A stretch of 64,000 bases of DNA from an uncultured Planctomycetota bacterium (GTDB lineage Bacteria > Planctomycetota > PLA2 > JAEUHO01). Shown piece after piece: positions 9,789 through 19,100 of this stretch. Made by a program: the position numbers and the translations under genes. The stretch covers positions 1,472,001-1,536,000 of the forward strand of contig CAVVXN010000005.1 of the NCBI GenBank assembly GCA_963752285.1. Direction: 5' to 3'. The notes beneath the pieces are model-generated. The model saw only the letters and a program-made list of their open reading frames with translations, ran no database searches and was not told where the DNA came from. How positions within the stretch are numbered: position 1 is the stretch's first letter; each line of letters opens with the position of its first letter.

Positions 9789-11410
9789 GGCCCCACCGTC
9801 AGCGTGTAGCCCGCCCGGTTGCCGAGCCCCGAGCAGTTGGCCTCGACGCGCACGAGGTAGTGACCGGCGGCCAGCGAAGTGGGCCCGATCTGCTCCGCCG
9901 CGCTGCCCGCGTTGGCCGAGCGTTGCAGCACCGCGCCGGACGCGTCGAGCAGCGCGAGGTTCAGGTCGTTGCCGCTCCCCGCGATCGGCGAGATGGAGAG
10001 GCCGAAGGCCACCGACGTCTGCTGCGCGAGGTTCAGGCGGTACCAGTGCGTCGCGTCGAGCGCGCGGCACGGGTTCGTCACGGTGGAGTCCACGATGCCC
10101 ACGGACGAGTCGGAGAGGGCGATCGGGGTGGGCCAGACGTCGTCGCCGACGAGGGGATACGTGATCTGCTGGTTCTCGGGCGTTTGGAGCAGCGTCGTGA
10201 CCTCGGCCGAGGAGATCGCGCCCCGCTGGACGAGGCGGTCGAGGAAGAGGCCGACGTACGGCGCGTCCACGCCGGGTACGAACGAGAGGACCGCACCGTA
10301 GAGGTCGCCCACCGGGACCGCCGCCAGGTCGCCGTCGGTGTCGGGGATGCCGCCCGTGCCGTCCGCGAGGTCCCAGACGATCTCGGCGACCGTCTCCTCG
10401 CCCCCGATGCCGCGCACGCTCTGCGGCCAGCTCTCGACGCTCTCGTCGATCTGGGTGCCCCCACTCGTCGTGACCGAGTCGATGTACCGCGCGTCCTTCC
10501 GGCACAGGCTCCCGAACCCCGTCGCCTGCCCCTCGCTCCAGGCGAGGTTCGGCTCGAGGGCCTCGCCGCTGTGCTGGCCGCCCCGGCTCAGCGAGGCCCC
10601 GAGCTGGAACTCCACGAAGTGACCGAACTCGTGCGCGATGACCGGGTCGTCGAAGTAGTCCGTGTCGCTCCCGTCGAGATTGCCCGCCGCGCCGCCGAGC
10701 AGCGTCAGCGAGCGGATGCCGTCGTCGTAGAAGCTCGTGCCGGTGGCACCGTTGTTCCCGAGGCGCGTGTACGCGTGGAGGATGGGCGGCACGATCCCCG
10801 TCGCGGTCCGGACGGTCTCCGTGCACGTGACGAGCACGTCGAGCACGCCGAAGCCGATCGAGGGGCGGCTCGAGGCCGACACGAGGTACGGGACGACGAA
10901 GTCGACGGGCGCGCCCGACCCCGCGGTGAAGGACGGCGACGTCCAGGCAAAGGCGTCCGTGCTCGTGTGGAGGTCGAACGAGGGCGGCAGCGCGTCGTGC
11001 ACCTCGACGCGCCGGAGCGGGTCGTTGTCGGTGCGGCTGAACACGCGCACCTCGAGCTGGCTCCCCGAGGGGGGCGAGGCGACCAGGCTGTACAGGCCGT
11101 TGCTGTCGGTGCTCCCCTTGGCGAAGCAGGTCCCGCCCCCGGCGAGGCCGACCTCGACGTCCGCGAACCGCGCGAGGCGGGTCTCGAGCGAGGGCCCGAG
11201 GCCGGAGTCGTCGAGCGTGAGGCGCTCGTACCGGATCGTGCCCGTGACGGTCGTGTCGGGACCGCCCCCCTGGACGCAGCTGGTGACGGGCGGCGGCGTC
11301 GGGGTGGAGGACGATCCGCCGCCGCCACACGCACCCAACGAGAACACGAACGAGACCACGATCCCCACCGCGCCGAGGCGCGCCGCCCGGACCCGGTCGT
11401 CCGCTCCCAC
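9785..11410 (-). CDS. Secreted lipoprotein metallopeptidase (HExxH) with C-terminal PPC-like domain; start uncertain (GTG 11410 or CTG 11434)
   Basis: Lipobox LGAC-GGGG, VIAHEFGH...LAWSEG, C-terminal DLNLALLD...LAAGHYLVRV. Confidence 0.8.
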   Translation of the reverse strand: MGADDRVRAARLGAVGIVVSFVFSLGACGGGGSSSTPTPPPVTSCVQGGGPDTTVTGTIRYERLTLDDSGLGPSLETRLARFADVEVGLAGGGTCFAKGSTDSNGLYSLVASPPSGSQLEVRVFSRTDNDPLRRVEVHDALPPSFDLHTSTDAFAWTSPSFTAGSGAPVDFVVPYLVSASSRPSIGFGVLDVLVTCTETVRTATGIVPPILHAYTRLGNNGATGTSFYDDGIRSLTLLGGAAGNLDGSDTDYFDDPVIAHEFGHFVEFQLGASLSRGGQHSGEALEPNLAWSEGQATGFGSLCRKDARYIDSVTTSGGTQIDESVESWPQSVRGIGGEETVAEIVWDLADGTGGIPDTDGDLAAVPVGDLYGAVLSFVPGVDAPYVGLFLDRLVQRGAISSAEVTTLLQTPENQQITYPLVGDDVWPTPIALSDSSVGIVDSTVTNPCRALDATHWYRLNLAQQTSVAFGLSISPIAGSGNDLNLALLDASGAVLQRSANAGSAAEQIGPTSLAAGHYLVRVEANCSGLGNRAGYTLTVGP

Positions 11411-11596
11411 GGCCAGGGGACGCGACGTGCTCAGGGACTCCCTCCAGGGCGAAGCGGCCAGCGTACGGCAGCACGCCGCCGAGGGGCGAGCAAGACGCGG
11501 ACCGCCGAACGGCGCCCCCGCCAGGCCCCTCACCCCGCCACCACCCGCCCCCCGTGCGATCCAGCACACCCCCACCACACCCCCCGCGCGCCCCCC

Positions 11597-12102
11597 GCGA
11601 TGCGGCGAAACCAAAGGCAAGCCGCAAGCGCGAGCCCCCAACCCGCAGCCCGCCCCGGTCCCGCCCCCTCCCCCCCGCGATGCGGCGAAGCCAAAGGCGA
11701 GCCGCAAGCACGACCCCCGCCACGCCGCGCCGCCACATCCCGCAAGCCCCCCGCGATGCGGCGAAGCCAAAGGCAAGCCGCGAGCACGACCCCCGCCACG
11801 CCGCGCCGCCAAATCCCGCAAGCCCCCCGCGATGCGGCGAAGCCAAAGGCGAGCCGCGAGCACGACCCCCGCCACGCCGCGCCGCCACATCCCGCAAGCC
11901 CCCCGCGATGCGGCGAAGCCAAAGGCGAGCCGCGAGCACGACCCCCGCCACGCCACGCCACGCCGCGCCGCCACATCCCGCAAGCCCCCCGCGATGCGGC
12001 GAAGCCAAAGGCGAGCCGCGAGCACGCCCCCCCGCCCCGCGCCGCGTCGCGCCATCCCGCAAGCCGCCCGCGATGCGGCGAAGCCAAAGGCGAGCCGCGA
12101 GC
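11597..12102. repeat. Tandem array 1: 7 hairpin units GCGATGCGGCGAAGCCAAAGGCGAGCCGCRAGC, period 76-86 bp
   Basis: Unit starts at 11597, 11677, 11753, 11829, 11905, 11991, 12070; linkers are mostly repeated. Confidence 0.95.
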
Positions 12103-12121
12103 ACGAGCCCCCCCCCGACGC

Positions 12122-12229
12122 GGGGCGGCGCGCGGAGAGGCCAAAGGAGTGGCCCTGACGACGACGCCGCGTGCGAATGCACGCAAGGAGGAGGAAGGGC
12201 CGCGAACTGGCCTCTCCGCGCGCCGCCCC
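12122..12229. repeat. Structured element copy 1 (64-nt core inside a 22-bp perfect inverted repeat)
   Basis: GGGGCGGCGCGCGGAGAGGCCA...TGGCCTCTCCGCGCGCCGCCCC; core differs by 1 nt from copies 2 and 3. Confidence 0.95.
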
Positions 12230-12230
12230 C

Positions 12231-13403
12231 CTAGCCGCCGGCGCCGCTGCCGATGGTCTCGACGAGTTTAAGAAGCGGCAAAAACAACCCCAACACGATC
12301 AAGAACACCGCCCCACCCAAAAAGATGATCAACACCGGCTCGATGATCGACGTGATCGACCCGACCGCGACGTCCACCTCCTCGTCGTAGTTGTCCGCAA
12401 CGCGGATCAGCATCTTGTCGAGCTCGCCGGTCTCCTCGCCGACGTCGATCATGTTCACGACGATGTCGTCGAAGATGCCGCTCTCGCCGAGCGGCTCGGC
12501 GATCGTGCCGCCCTCGGAGATCGAGTCGCGGACCTTGGTGAGCGCGTGGACCATGACCACGTTGCCGGCGGTGTCGCGGCAGATGTCGAGGGCCTCGAGG
12601 ATCGGCACGCCCGACGCGATCAGGGTCCCGAAGGTCCGGCTGAACCGCGCCACGACCACCTTGCGGGCGATCGGGCCGACCACGGGGAGGCGGAGCTTCA
12701 GCCGGTCGAGGAAGCGACGCCCCGGGGCCGTGCGCGCCAGGAACCGGATGCCCATGACGAACAGGATGAGGATCGCACCGAGCACGTACCACTGGTCGAT
12801 CAGGAAGCGGGAGAACGCCTGCAGGGCGCGGGTCAGTGCCGGGAGGTCGCCCGCGCCGGGGAGGCTCTGGAACACCTGTTCGAACTTCGGCACCACGAAG
12901 ATCATGATGAGGAGCAGGATCGAGAGCGTGACCGTGGCGACGACAGAGGGGTAGATCAGCGCACCCTTCACGCGGCGACGCAGGCGCTGCGACTTCTCCA
13001 TGAAGCTCGCGAGGCGGGACAGGATCACGTCGAGCACGCCGCCCGTCTCGCCGGCCTTCACCATGTTCGAGTAGAGGTTGTCGAAGACGGTGCCGTGCTT
13101 CGCCATGGCCTCGGACAGCGGCGACCCGCTCTCGACGTCCTCCGTCACGTCCACCATGACGCTCTTGAAGGGACCGCGGTCCATCTGCCCTTCGAGGATC
13201 TTCAGGCTGCGCACGATCGGGAGGCCGGCGTCCTGCAGGGTCGAGAGCTGCGTCGTGAACTCCGTGAGCGCCCGCTGCGAGACCCGCTCGCGACGGCGGC
13301 GTGCCCGCGCGGGGGCCGGCATCACGGCGGTCGTGGAGCCGCGCGACGGCGTGCCTCGCGTAGCCGTGGCGGACGTCTTCGCTCGGGCGGGGATCTTGGG
13401 CAT
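12231..13403 (-). CDS. pilC: Type IV pilus/T2SS inner-membrane platform protein (PilC/GspF)
   Basis: FTTQLSTLQDAGLPI, NMVKAGETGGVL, RFSRTFGTLIASGVPILEAL, GEETGELDKML. Confidence 0.93.
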   Translation of the reverse strand: MPKIPARAKTSATATRGTPSRGSTTAVMPAPARARRRRERVSQRALTEFTTQLSTLQDAGLPIVRSLKILEGQMDRGPFKSVMVDVTEDVESGSPLSEAMAKHGTVFDNLYSNMVKAGETGGVLDVILSRLASFMEKSQRLRRRVKGALIYPSVVATVTLSILLLIMIFVVPKFEQVFQSLPGAGDLPALTRALQAFSRFLIDQWYVLGAILILFVMGIRFLARTAPGRRFLDRLKLRLPVVGPIARKVVVARFSRTFGTLIASGVPILEALDICRDTAGNVVMVHALTKVRDSISEGGTIAEPLGESGIFDDIVVNMIDVGEETGELDKMLIRVADNYDEEVDVAVGSITSIIEPVLIIFLGGAVFLIVLGLFLPLLKLVETIGSGAGG

Positions 13404-13483
13404 CTCAATCGCTCCTGCCGGACGGGCCGGCTACGTCCCTCTCGAGGCGGTGCGCCCCGACGCGCTCGGACTCGGACCGCGCC

Positions 13484-15211
13484 TCACGCGCTGGTCTCCC
13501 TGAGGACCTCCTCGACGGTCGTGACCCCGTCGAAGATCGCCGTGAGACCCGACTCCCGCAACATCCGCATGCCCTCCCGGCGCGCCTGTTCGCGGATCGC
13601 GTCGGACGAGGCACCCTTGATCACCATATGCCGCAGCGCCTCGGAGAGAACGAGGATCTCGAAGATGCCCGTCCGCCCGCGGTACCCGCTCCCGTGGCAG
13701 GCGTCGCACCCCGTGCCGTAGGCGAAGCGCTTGCCCTTCAGGTCCTCGCGGCGCAGCCCGAGTTCCATCAGGACCTCGGGGCTCGGGTCGTAGAGCACCT
13801 TGCAGTCGCTGCAGACGGTCCGGACGAGACGCTGGGCGACGATGCCCTCGATCGTGGCGGCCACGAGGAACGCCTCGATGCCGAGGTCGAGCATACGCGT
13901 GATCGCCAGGGGGGCGTCGTTCGTGTGGAGCGTGGAGAACACCACGTGACCGGTGAGGGCCGCCTCCACGGCGATCTGGGCGGTGTCGAAGTCGCGGATC
14001 TCGCCCACCAGGATCATGTCGGGGTCCTGGCGCAGGATCGACCGGAGGCACCGGGAGTACGTGACGCCGATCTCCTCGTTCACCTGGACCTGGACGATGC
14101 CCGGCAGCTCGTACTCGACGGGGTCCTCGGTCGTGATGATCTTGACGCCCACGTCGTTCGCGTAGTTGAGCGCGGAATAGAGCGTGGTCGTCTTGCCCGA
14201 CCCGGTGGGCCCCGTCACGAGCACGATCCCGTGCGGGAGGTGGATCATCCGCTTCATGATCTCCATCTCGGCCTCGCGCAGGCCCACCTGCGTGAGGTCG
14301 AGGGCGACCACGGACTTGTCGAGCACGCGGATCACGCACGACTCGCCGAAGAGCGTCGGCAGGGTGCTCACGCGCAGGTCCACGGACCGGCCGCCGATCA
14401 TGATCTCGATGCGGCCGTCTTGCGGAAGGCGCGTCTCCGCGATGTCGAGGCCCGCCATGACCTTCACGCGGCTGATCAGGGGCAGCGAGAGGTGGCGCGG
14501 CGGCGCCTGCAGCTCGTAGAGCGCGCCGTCGACGCGGTAGCGGATCTTGAAGTCGTCCTCGAAGGGCTCGAGGTGGACGTCGGAGGCGCGGTCCCGGATG
14601 GCCTGGAAGAGGATGTACTGGAGGAGCTTGATGACCGGGGGCGAGTTCGCCATCGCCTCCGTGTCGGCGAGGTCCACCGCGTCGCCGCGGCGGGCGGGCA
14701 TCTGCCCCCCGACCTCCTCGACCATCTCGCCGACGAGCTGTTCCATCGTGCTCTGCTGGGTGCCGTAGTGCTCCTCGACCAGGCGTTTGATGTCGTCCTC
14801 GGGCGCCATCACCCCCACGACCTCGCCGCCCGTCATGAACCGCAGGTCGTCGAGCACGGTCGTGTTCTGCGGGTTGCCCAGGGCCACGACGAGCTTGGCC
14901 CCCTCGCGACGCACGGGGATGACGTGGAAGAGCTTGGCGGTCTCCGCGTCCACCGACTCGAGGAGCTCCGGTGTGAATCGGACCGACGCGAGGTCCACGA
15001 CCTCGAGCCCCGCCTGGCGGGCGAGCGCTTCTTGCAGGACCTCGTCGTCGATGTGCCCCAGCTTGATCAGGATCTGGCCGATCTGGCCGCCCCCGTCGCG
15101 CTGGCGGGCGAGCGCCTCCTGGATCATGCCCTCGTGGATCTTCCCCATCTCCTTCAGGATCTGTCCGAGGAGCTTCTTCGTGCGGGCGTAGCGGTAGGGG
15201 GCTTCAGGCAA
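13484..15211 (-). CDS. pilB: PilB/GspE-family assembly ATPase
   Basis: MshEN-like N-terminus, ASDVHLEP, GPTGSGKTTTLY, LRQDPD..LVGEIRD, TGHVVFSTLHTND, CxxC pairs. Confidence 0.92.
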   Translation of the reverse strand: MPEAPYRYARTKKLLGQILKEMGKIHEGMIQEALARQRDGGGQIGQILIKLGHIDDEVLQEALARQAGLEVVDLASVRFTPELLESVDAETAKLFHVIPVRREGAKLVVALGNPQNTTVLDDLRFMTGGEVVGVMAPEDDIKRLVEEHYGTQQSTMEQLVGEMVEEVGGQMPARRGDAVDLADTEAMANSPPVIKLLQYILFQAIRDRASDVHLEPFEDDFKIRYRVDGALYELQAPPRHLSLPLISRVKVMAGLDIAETRLPQDGRIEIMIGGRSVDLRVSTLPTLFGESCVIRVLDKSVVALDLTQVGLREAEMEIMKRMIHLPHGIVLVTGPTGSGKTTTLYSALNYANDVGVKIITTEDPVEYELPGIVQVQVNEEIGVTYSRCLRSILRQDPDMILVGEIRDFDTAQIAVEAALTGHVVFSTLHTNDAPLAITRMLDLGIEAFLVAATIEGIVAQRLVRTVCSDCKVLYDPSPEVLMELGLRREDLKGKRFAYGTGCDACHGSGYRGRTGIFEILVLSEALRHMVIKGASSDAIREQARREGMRMLRESGLTAIFDGVTTVEEVLRETSA

Positions 15212-15243
15212 GGGGGCTCACTCCCTCGGGGACGAACGACGCG

Positions 15244-16323
15244 TCACTGGATCGCCAGACCGAGCTTCTCCTTCGTACGCCGCACGTCCTGGCACTTGGA
15301 GAGGACCTGCGCCTGGTCGATCTTCCCCGCCTCGTAGAGGTCCAGGAGGTTGTCGTCGAGCAGGAACATGCCCTTCGAACGCCCGGTCTGGATGGCGCTC
15401 GGGATCTTGAACGTCTCGTTCTTCCGGATGTGGTTCTCGATGCCGGGGGTCATGGTCATGACCTCGAACGCGGCCACCCGTCCCCCGGTGTCGGACCGGG
15501 GCATCAGCACCTGCGAGATCACGGCGATCAACGACACCGACAGCTGGACGCGGACCTGCTCCTGCTGCTCGGGCGGAAACTGGTCGATGATGCGGTCCAC
15601 CGTACGGGCCGACCCGGTCGTGTGCAGCGTCCCGAACACGAGGTGGCCCGTCTCGGCGGCGGTGATCGCGGTGGCGATCGTCTCGAGGTCGCGCATCTCG
15701 CCGAGGAGGATCACGTCCGGGTCCTCGCGCAGCGCGCGGCGGATCGCCTCGGCGAAGCTCGGCACGTCGGTGCCGACCTCGCGCTGGTTCACGACGCACC
15801 GTTTGTGGTCGTGGTAGTACTCGATCGGGTCCTCGATCGTGACGATGTGGTTGTCCTGCGTCTGGTTGACGTAGTCGATCATCGTCGCGAGCGTGGTCGT
15901 CTTGCCGGACCCGGTCGGGCCCGTCACGAGGAAGAGGCCGCGCGGGCGGTTCAGGAGCTCGACCACCGCGGGGTTCAGGCCGATCTCCTCGAACGTCAGG
16001 AGCCGGTTCGGGATGAGCCGGCAGACCATCGCGTCGAACCCCTTCTGGCGGAAGACCGCGACGCGGAATCGGGCCCGGTCGGAGTGGGCGTAGCCGAAGT
16101 CGGCGCTGCCGCTCCGACGCAGCTCCTCGAGCTTCGACGGCGGGGTGATCTGCTCGATCAGGGCCGTGGTCTCGGCGGGCCCGAGCGCCGGGTGCGCGAC
16201 GTTCTTGAGGCTCCCCTGGAGCCGGATCACGGGCGGGCGACCGACCGTGATGTGGAGGTCGGACGCGTTCTTGTCCACGACGAGATCGAAGAGGCGGAGG
16301 ATGTCGGGTCCGACCAGCGGCAT
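15244..16323 (-). CDS. pilT: Pilus retraction ATPase PilT
   Basis: ASDLHITVG.PP, GPTGSGKTTTLA, TIEDPIEY, ALREDPDVILLGEMRD, AETGHLVFGTLHT; ATG at 16323. Confidence 0.95.
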   Translation of the reverse strand: MPLVGPDILRLFDLVVDKNASDLHITVGRPPVIRLQGSLKNVAHPALGPAETTALIEQITPPSKLEELRRSGSADFGYAHSDRARFRVAVFRQKGFDAMVCRLIPNRLLTFEEIGLNPAVVELLNRPRGLFLVTGPTGSGKTTTLATMIDYVNQTQDNHIVTIEDPIEYYHDHKRCVVNQREVGTDVPSFAEAIRRALREDPDVILLGEMRDLETIATAITAAETGHLVFGTLHTTGSARTVDRIIDQFPPEQQEQVRVQLSVSLIAVISQVLMPRSDTGGRVAAFEVMTMTPGIENHIRKNETFKIPSAIQTGRSKGMFLLDDNLLDLYEAGKIDQAQVLSKCQDVRRTKEKLGLAIQ

Positions 16324-16376
16324 GGTGCGATTCTCTCCTGGGGTGGAAACGAGGTTTCCGCCTGGGGGCCCGCCCC

Positions 16377-18062
16377 CTACAGGGAGGCGGCCCCGGCCGC
16401 GGCCTCCACGCCGGTCACGCGCAGGACCTCCTCGATGGTGGTGACGCCGGCGAGGATCTTGCGGACGCCGTCCTGCCGGAGGCTCCTCAGCCCGCCGGTC
16501 AGGCGCGCCTGGTCGCGGATCTCCTGGGTGCTGCCCCGCCGGAAGGCGATCTCGCGGATCTGGGGGTCCATGCTGAAGAGCTCGAAGATGCCGACGCGGC
16601 CCTTGTAGCCCTCGAACCGGCACTCGCGGCAGCCGACCGCCCGGTAGACGGTCCGACCCTCGACGTCCGAGGGCTCGAGGCCGATCCCCGCGAGCAGGGC
16701 CTCGCTCGGCACGGTCGGCTGGCGGCACGAGACGCAGAGGCGCCGGAGGAGCCGCTGTGCCATCACCGCCTGCACGGCGGTGGAGACGAGGAACGGCTTG
16801 ACCCCCATGTCGATCAGGCGGGTCAGCGCCGACGGGGCGTCGTTCGTGTGGAGCGTCGAGAAGACGAGGTGGCCCGTGAGCGCGGCCTGGATGGCGATCT
16901 CCGCCGTCTCCGCGTCGCGGATCTCCCCGACCAGGATGATGTTCGGCGCTTGGCGCAACATGGAACGGAGGATCCGGGCAAAATCCAGGCCGATCCCGTG
17001 CCGGACCTCGGCCTGGTTCACGCCCGGCAGGTGGTACTCCACCGGGTTCTCGGCCGTGATGATCTTCACGTTCGGCTTGTTGAGCCGCTTCAGGGCCGCG
17101 TAGAGGGTCGTCGTCTTGCCCGAGCCGGTCGGGCCGGTCACCAGGAAGATGCCCGTCGGCCGGCGGATGATGCGCTCGAAGCGCTCGAGGTCCTCGCCGA
17201 TGAAGCCGAGGTCCTCGAGGTCCACGAGCCCCACCTCCCGGTCGAGGAGCCGCATCACCATCGACTCGCCGGTCGTGGCCGGGAGGAGCGACACGCGGAT
17301 GTCGATCGGGCGGCCGAGGAGGCGGACGTTGATGCGCCCGTCCTGGGGCTTCCGGTGCTCGGCGATGTCCATGTGCGCCATGACCTTCAAGCGCGTCACG
17401 ACGGGCCCCGCCAGCTCCACGTCGAGGGAGTGCGCCTCGAAGCAGACGCCGTCCACCCGGTACCGGACCCGGACCCGATCGGACATGGGCTCGACGTGGA
17501 TGTCGGACGCCCGCTGGGAGAGGGCCTGCTCGAGGATCTGGTGCACCAGCCGGATGACCGGCGCCTCCTCGTCCTCCGCCTCCGCCGTGGCGCTGGCGCG
17601 TCGCCGGTCGGCCGACACCGGCTCCCCGATGCCGTACGCCTCGGCCCGGGCGTTCGCGAGCGCCGAGGTGGGCGTCACCGCGAACTGGAGCTCCCGGTTC
17701 AGGAGGAACCGGATGTCGTCCGCCGCGAACGTGACCATCGGGTCGTCCGTGGCGAGGATCAGCCGGCCGTCCTGGAGCTTCACCGGCACGATCGGGAAGT
17801 CGCTGACGACCTGCCGCGGGACGAGCTCCGCCACCTGGGGAGAGATCCGGGCGCGGGAGAGGTCCACGAACGGGAGGCGAAACTGCCGGCAGAGGGCCTT
17901 GGCGAGCTGGACCTCGTCGATGAAGCCGAGGTCCACCATGGCTTTCCCGAACTTCGTCCCGGGCGTTCGGCGCTGGTGCTCGAGGGCCTCGTTCACCTTC
18001 CGCTCGTCGACCAGGCCCATCTCCTGGAGGACCTGTCCGAGCTGCTTCTGGGCGGGCGGCAT
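16377..18062 (-). CDS. Second PilB/GspE-family ATPase
   Basis: Double MshEN-like motifs (QLGQVLQEMGLV; KFGKAMVDLGFI), Walker A, LRQAPNIILVGEIRD; ATG at 18062. Confidence 0.92.
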   Translation of the reverse strand: MPPAQKQLGQVLQEMGLVDERKVNEALEHQRRTPGTKFGKAMVDLGFIDEVQLAKALCRQFRLPFVDLSRARISPQVAELVPRQVVSDFPIVPVKLQDGRLILATDDPMVTFAADDIRFLLNRELQFAVTPTSALANARAEAYGIGEPVSADRRRASATAEAEDEEAPVIRLVHQILEQALSQRASDIHVEPMSDRVRVRYRVDGVCFEAHSLDVELAGPVVTRLKVMAHMDIAEHRKPQDGRINVRLLGRPIDIRVSLLPATTGESMVMRLLDREVGLVDLEDLGFIGEDLERFERIIRRPTGIFLVTGPTGSGKTTTLYAALKRLNKPNVKIITAENPVEYHLPGVNQAEVRHGIGLDFARILRSMLRQAPNIILVGEIRDAETAEIAIQAALTGHLVFSTLHTNDAPSALTRLIDMGVKPFLVSTAVQAVMAQRLLRRLCVSCRQPTVPSEALLAGIGLEPSDVEGRTVYRAVGCRECRFEGYKGRVGIFELFSMDPQIREIAFRRGSTQEIRDQARLTGGLRSLRQDGVRKILAGVTTIEEVLRVTGVEAAAGAASL

Positions 18063-18269
18063 GGGGCGCGATCTTCGTTCCGGGGGGGAATGCGGGGTAT
18101 AGCACGCGCCGCCCCGGCCGCGCCACGGCAGCACGGCGTTCCGCGCCCCGCAGGAGGGCCCCGCGGCCGGACGGGCCCGGGCGCGGTCTCGGGGGGAGCT
18201 CGTCCCCGCCCCCGCCTCCGGCCTACCCTCTCCGGGGCCGCGGGTCCTCGCCCGCGGGAGGAGGGAGCC

Positions 18270-19028
18270 ATGAAGACCTTGCGCCGCGCGCTCGCGCGCC
18301 GGGCCCTGCCCGTGCCCGTGCTCGTCCTGCTCCTCGCCGGCTGCGCGACCCCCCAGCCGGTCTCCCAGGTGGGGCTCAACCGCGACACCCCGCAGGCGAC
18401 GTACGAGTACTTCCGGGCGATGGCCCGGGCGAACCAGTGGGCCGGCGAGTGGTCGGTGTTCAGCCCGCACTTCAAGCAGGCGCTGAACCAGGAGGTCGGC
18501 CGCGTCGTGGACCTCGGCGACTACACCACCGCGCGGCAGACCATCGCCGGCAACGGCAACGCCGACATGCAGCTCCTGCTCCAGAGCCAGCTCGTGAACG
18601 TGCGGATGCTCGCCCCGGACCGCGCGAGCGTCACGATCTCGGCCGGGGGGCGGACGATCTCGCCGACGTTCGTCAAGCTGACGCGGTGGGAGCTCCGGAT
18701 CGAGGGCGAGGACGAGCCCGCGACCGGCTACATCACGAGCGCCGGCGACGCCGTGACCGTGAACGCCGACGGCTCGATGACGGTGCGGGTCCAGGGCGAC
18801 CCGGCCGCGGCCGCGTACCTGAGGACGATCCCGCGCGCCCGGATCGACGGGTTCGCGATCAAGTCGGAGTGGTACGTGGACGACTTCGGAGGCCTCGGCG
18901 TGGCCGTGGGCTCGGGCGCCAGCACGGCGCCGGCGCCGGGCGCCTCGGGCGGCACGCCGCCGCCGCCGCCCCCCGCCGCGCCCCTGAGTCCCGGGCCGTC
19001 CTTCCCCGGCGGCTCCCCGGACGGGTAG
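18270..19028 (+). CDS. Hypothetical lipoprotein
   Basis: GGAGGAGG RBS, lipobox LLLAGC, Pro-rich tail. Confidence 0.8.
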   Translation: MKTLRRALARRALPVPVLVLLLAGCATPQPVSQVGLNRDTPQATYEYFRAMARANQWAGEWSVFSPHFKQALNQEVGRVVDLGDYTTARQTIAGNGNADMQLLLQSQLVNVRMLAPDRASVTISAGGRTISPTFVKLTRWELRIEGEDEPATGYITSAGDAVTVNADGSMTVRVQGDPAAAAYLRTIPRARIDGFAIKSEWYVDDFGGLGVAVGSGASTAPAPGASGGTPPPPPPAAPLSPGPSFPGGSPDG

Positions 19029-19100
19029 GCGTTCGCCCGCTCTGCCGTTAGGTTCCACCGACCGCGCGCCTCGGCGGTGGGCATCACGGGAGCAACGGGC

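Noticed and set aside
12150..12207. Hammerhead ribozyme (CTGACGA...GAAC) in element copy 1
   Set aside because: Copies 2 and 3 have ATGACGA, the GAAA is absent, and the stem geometry does not fit.
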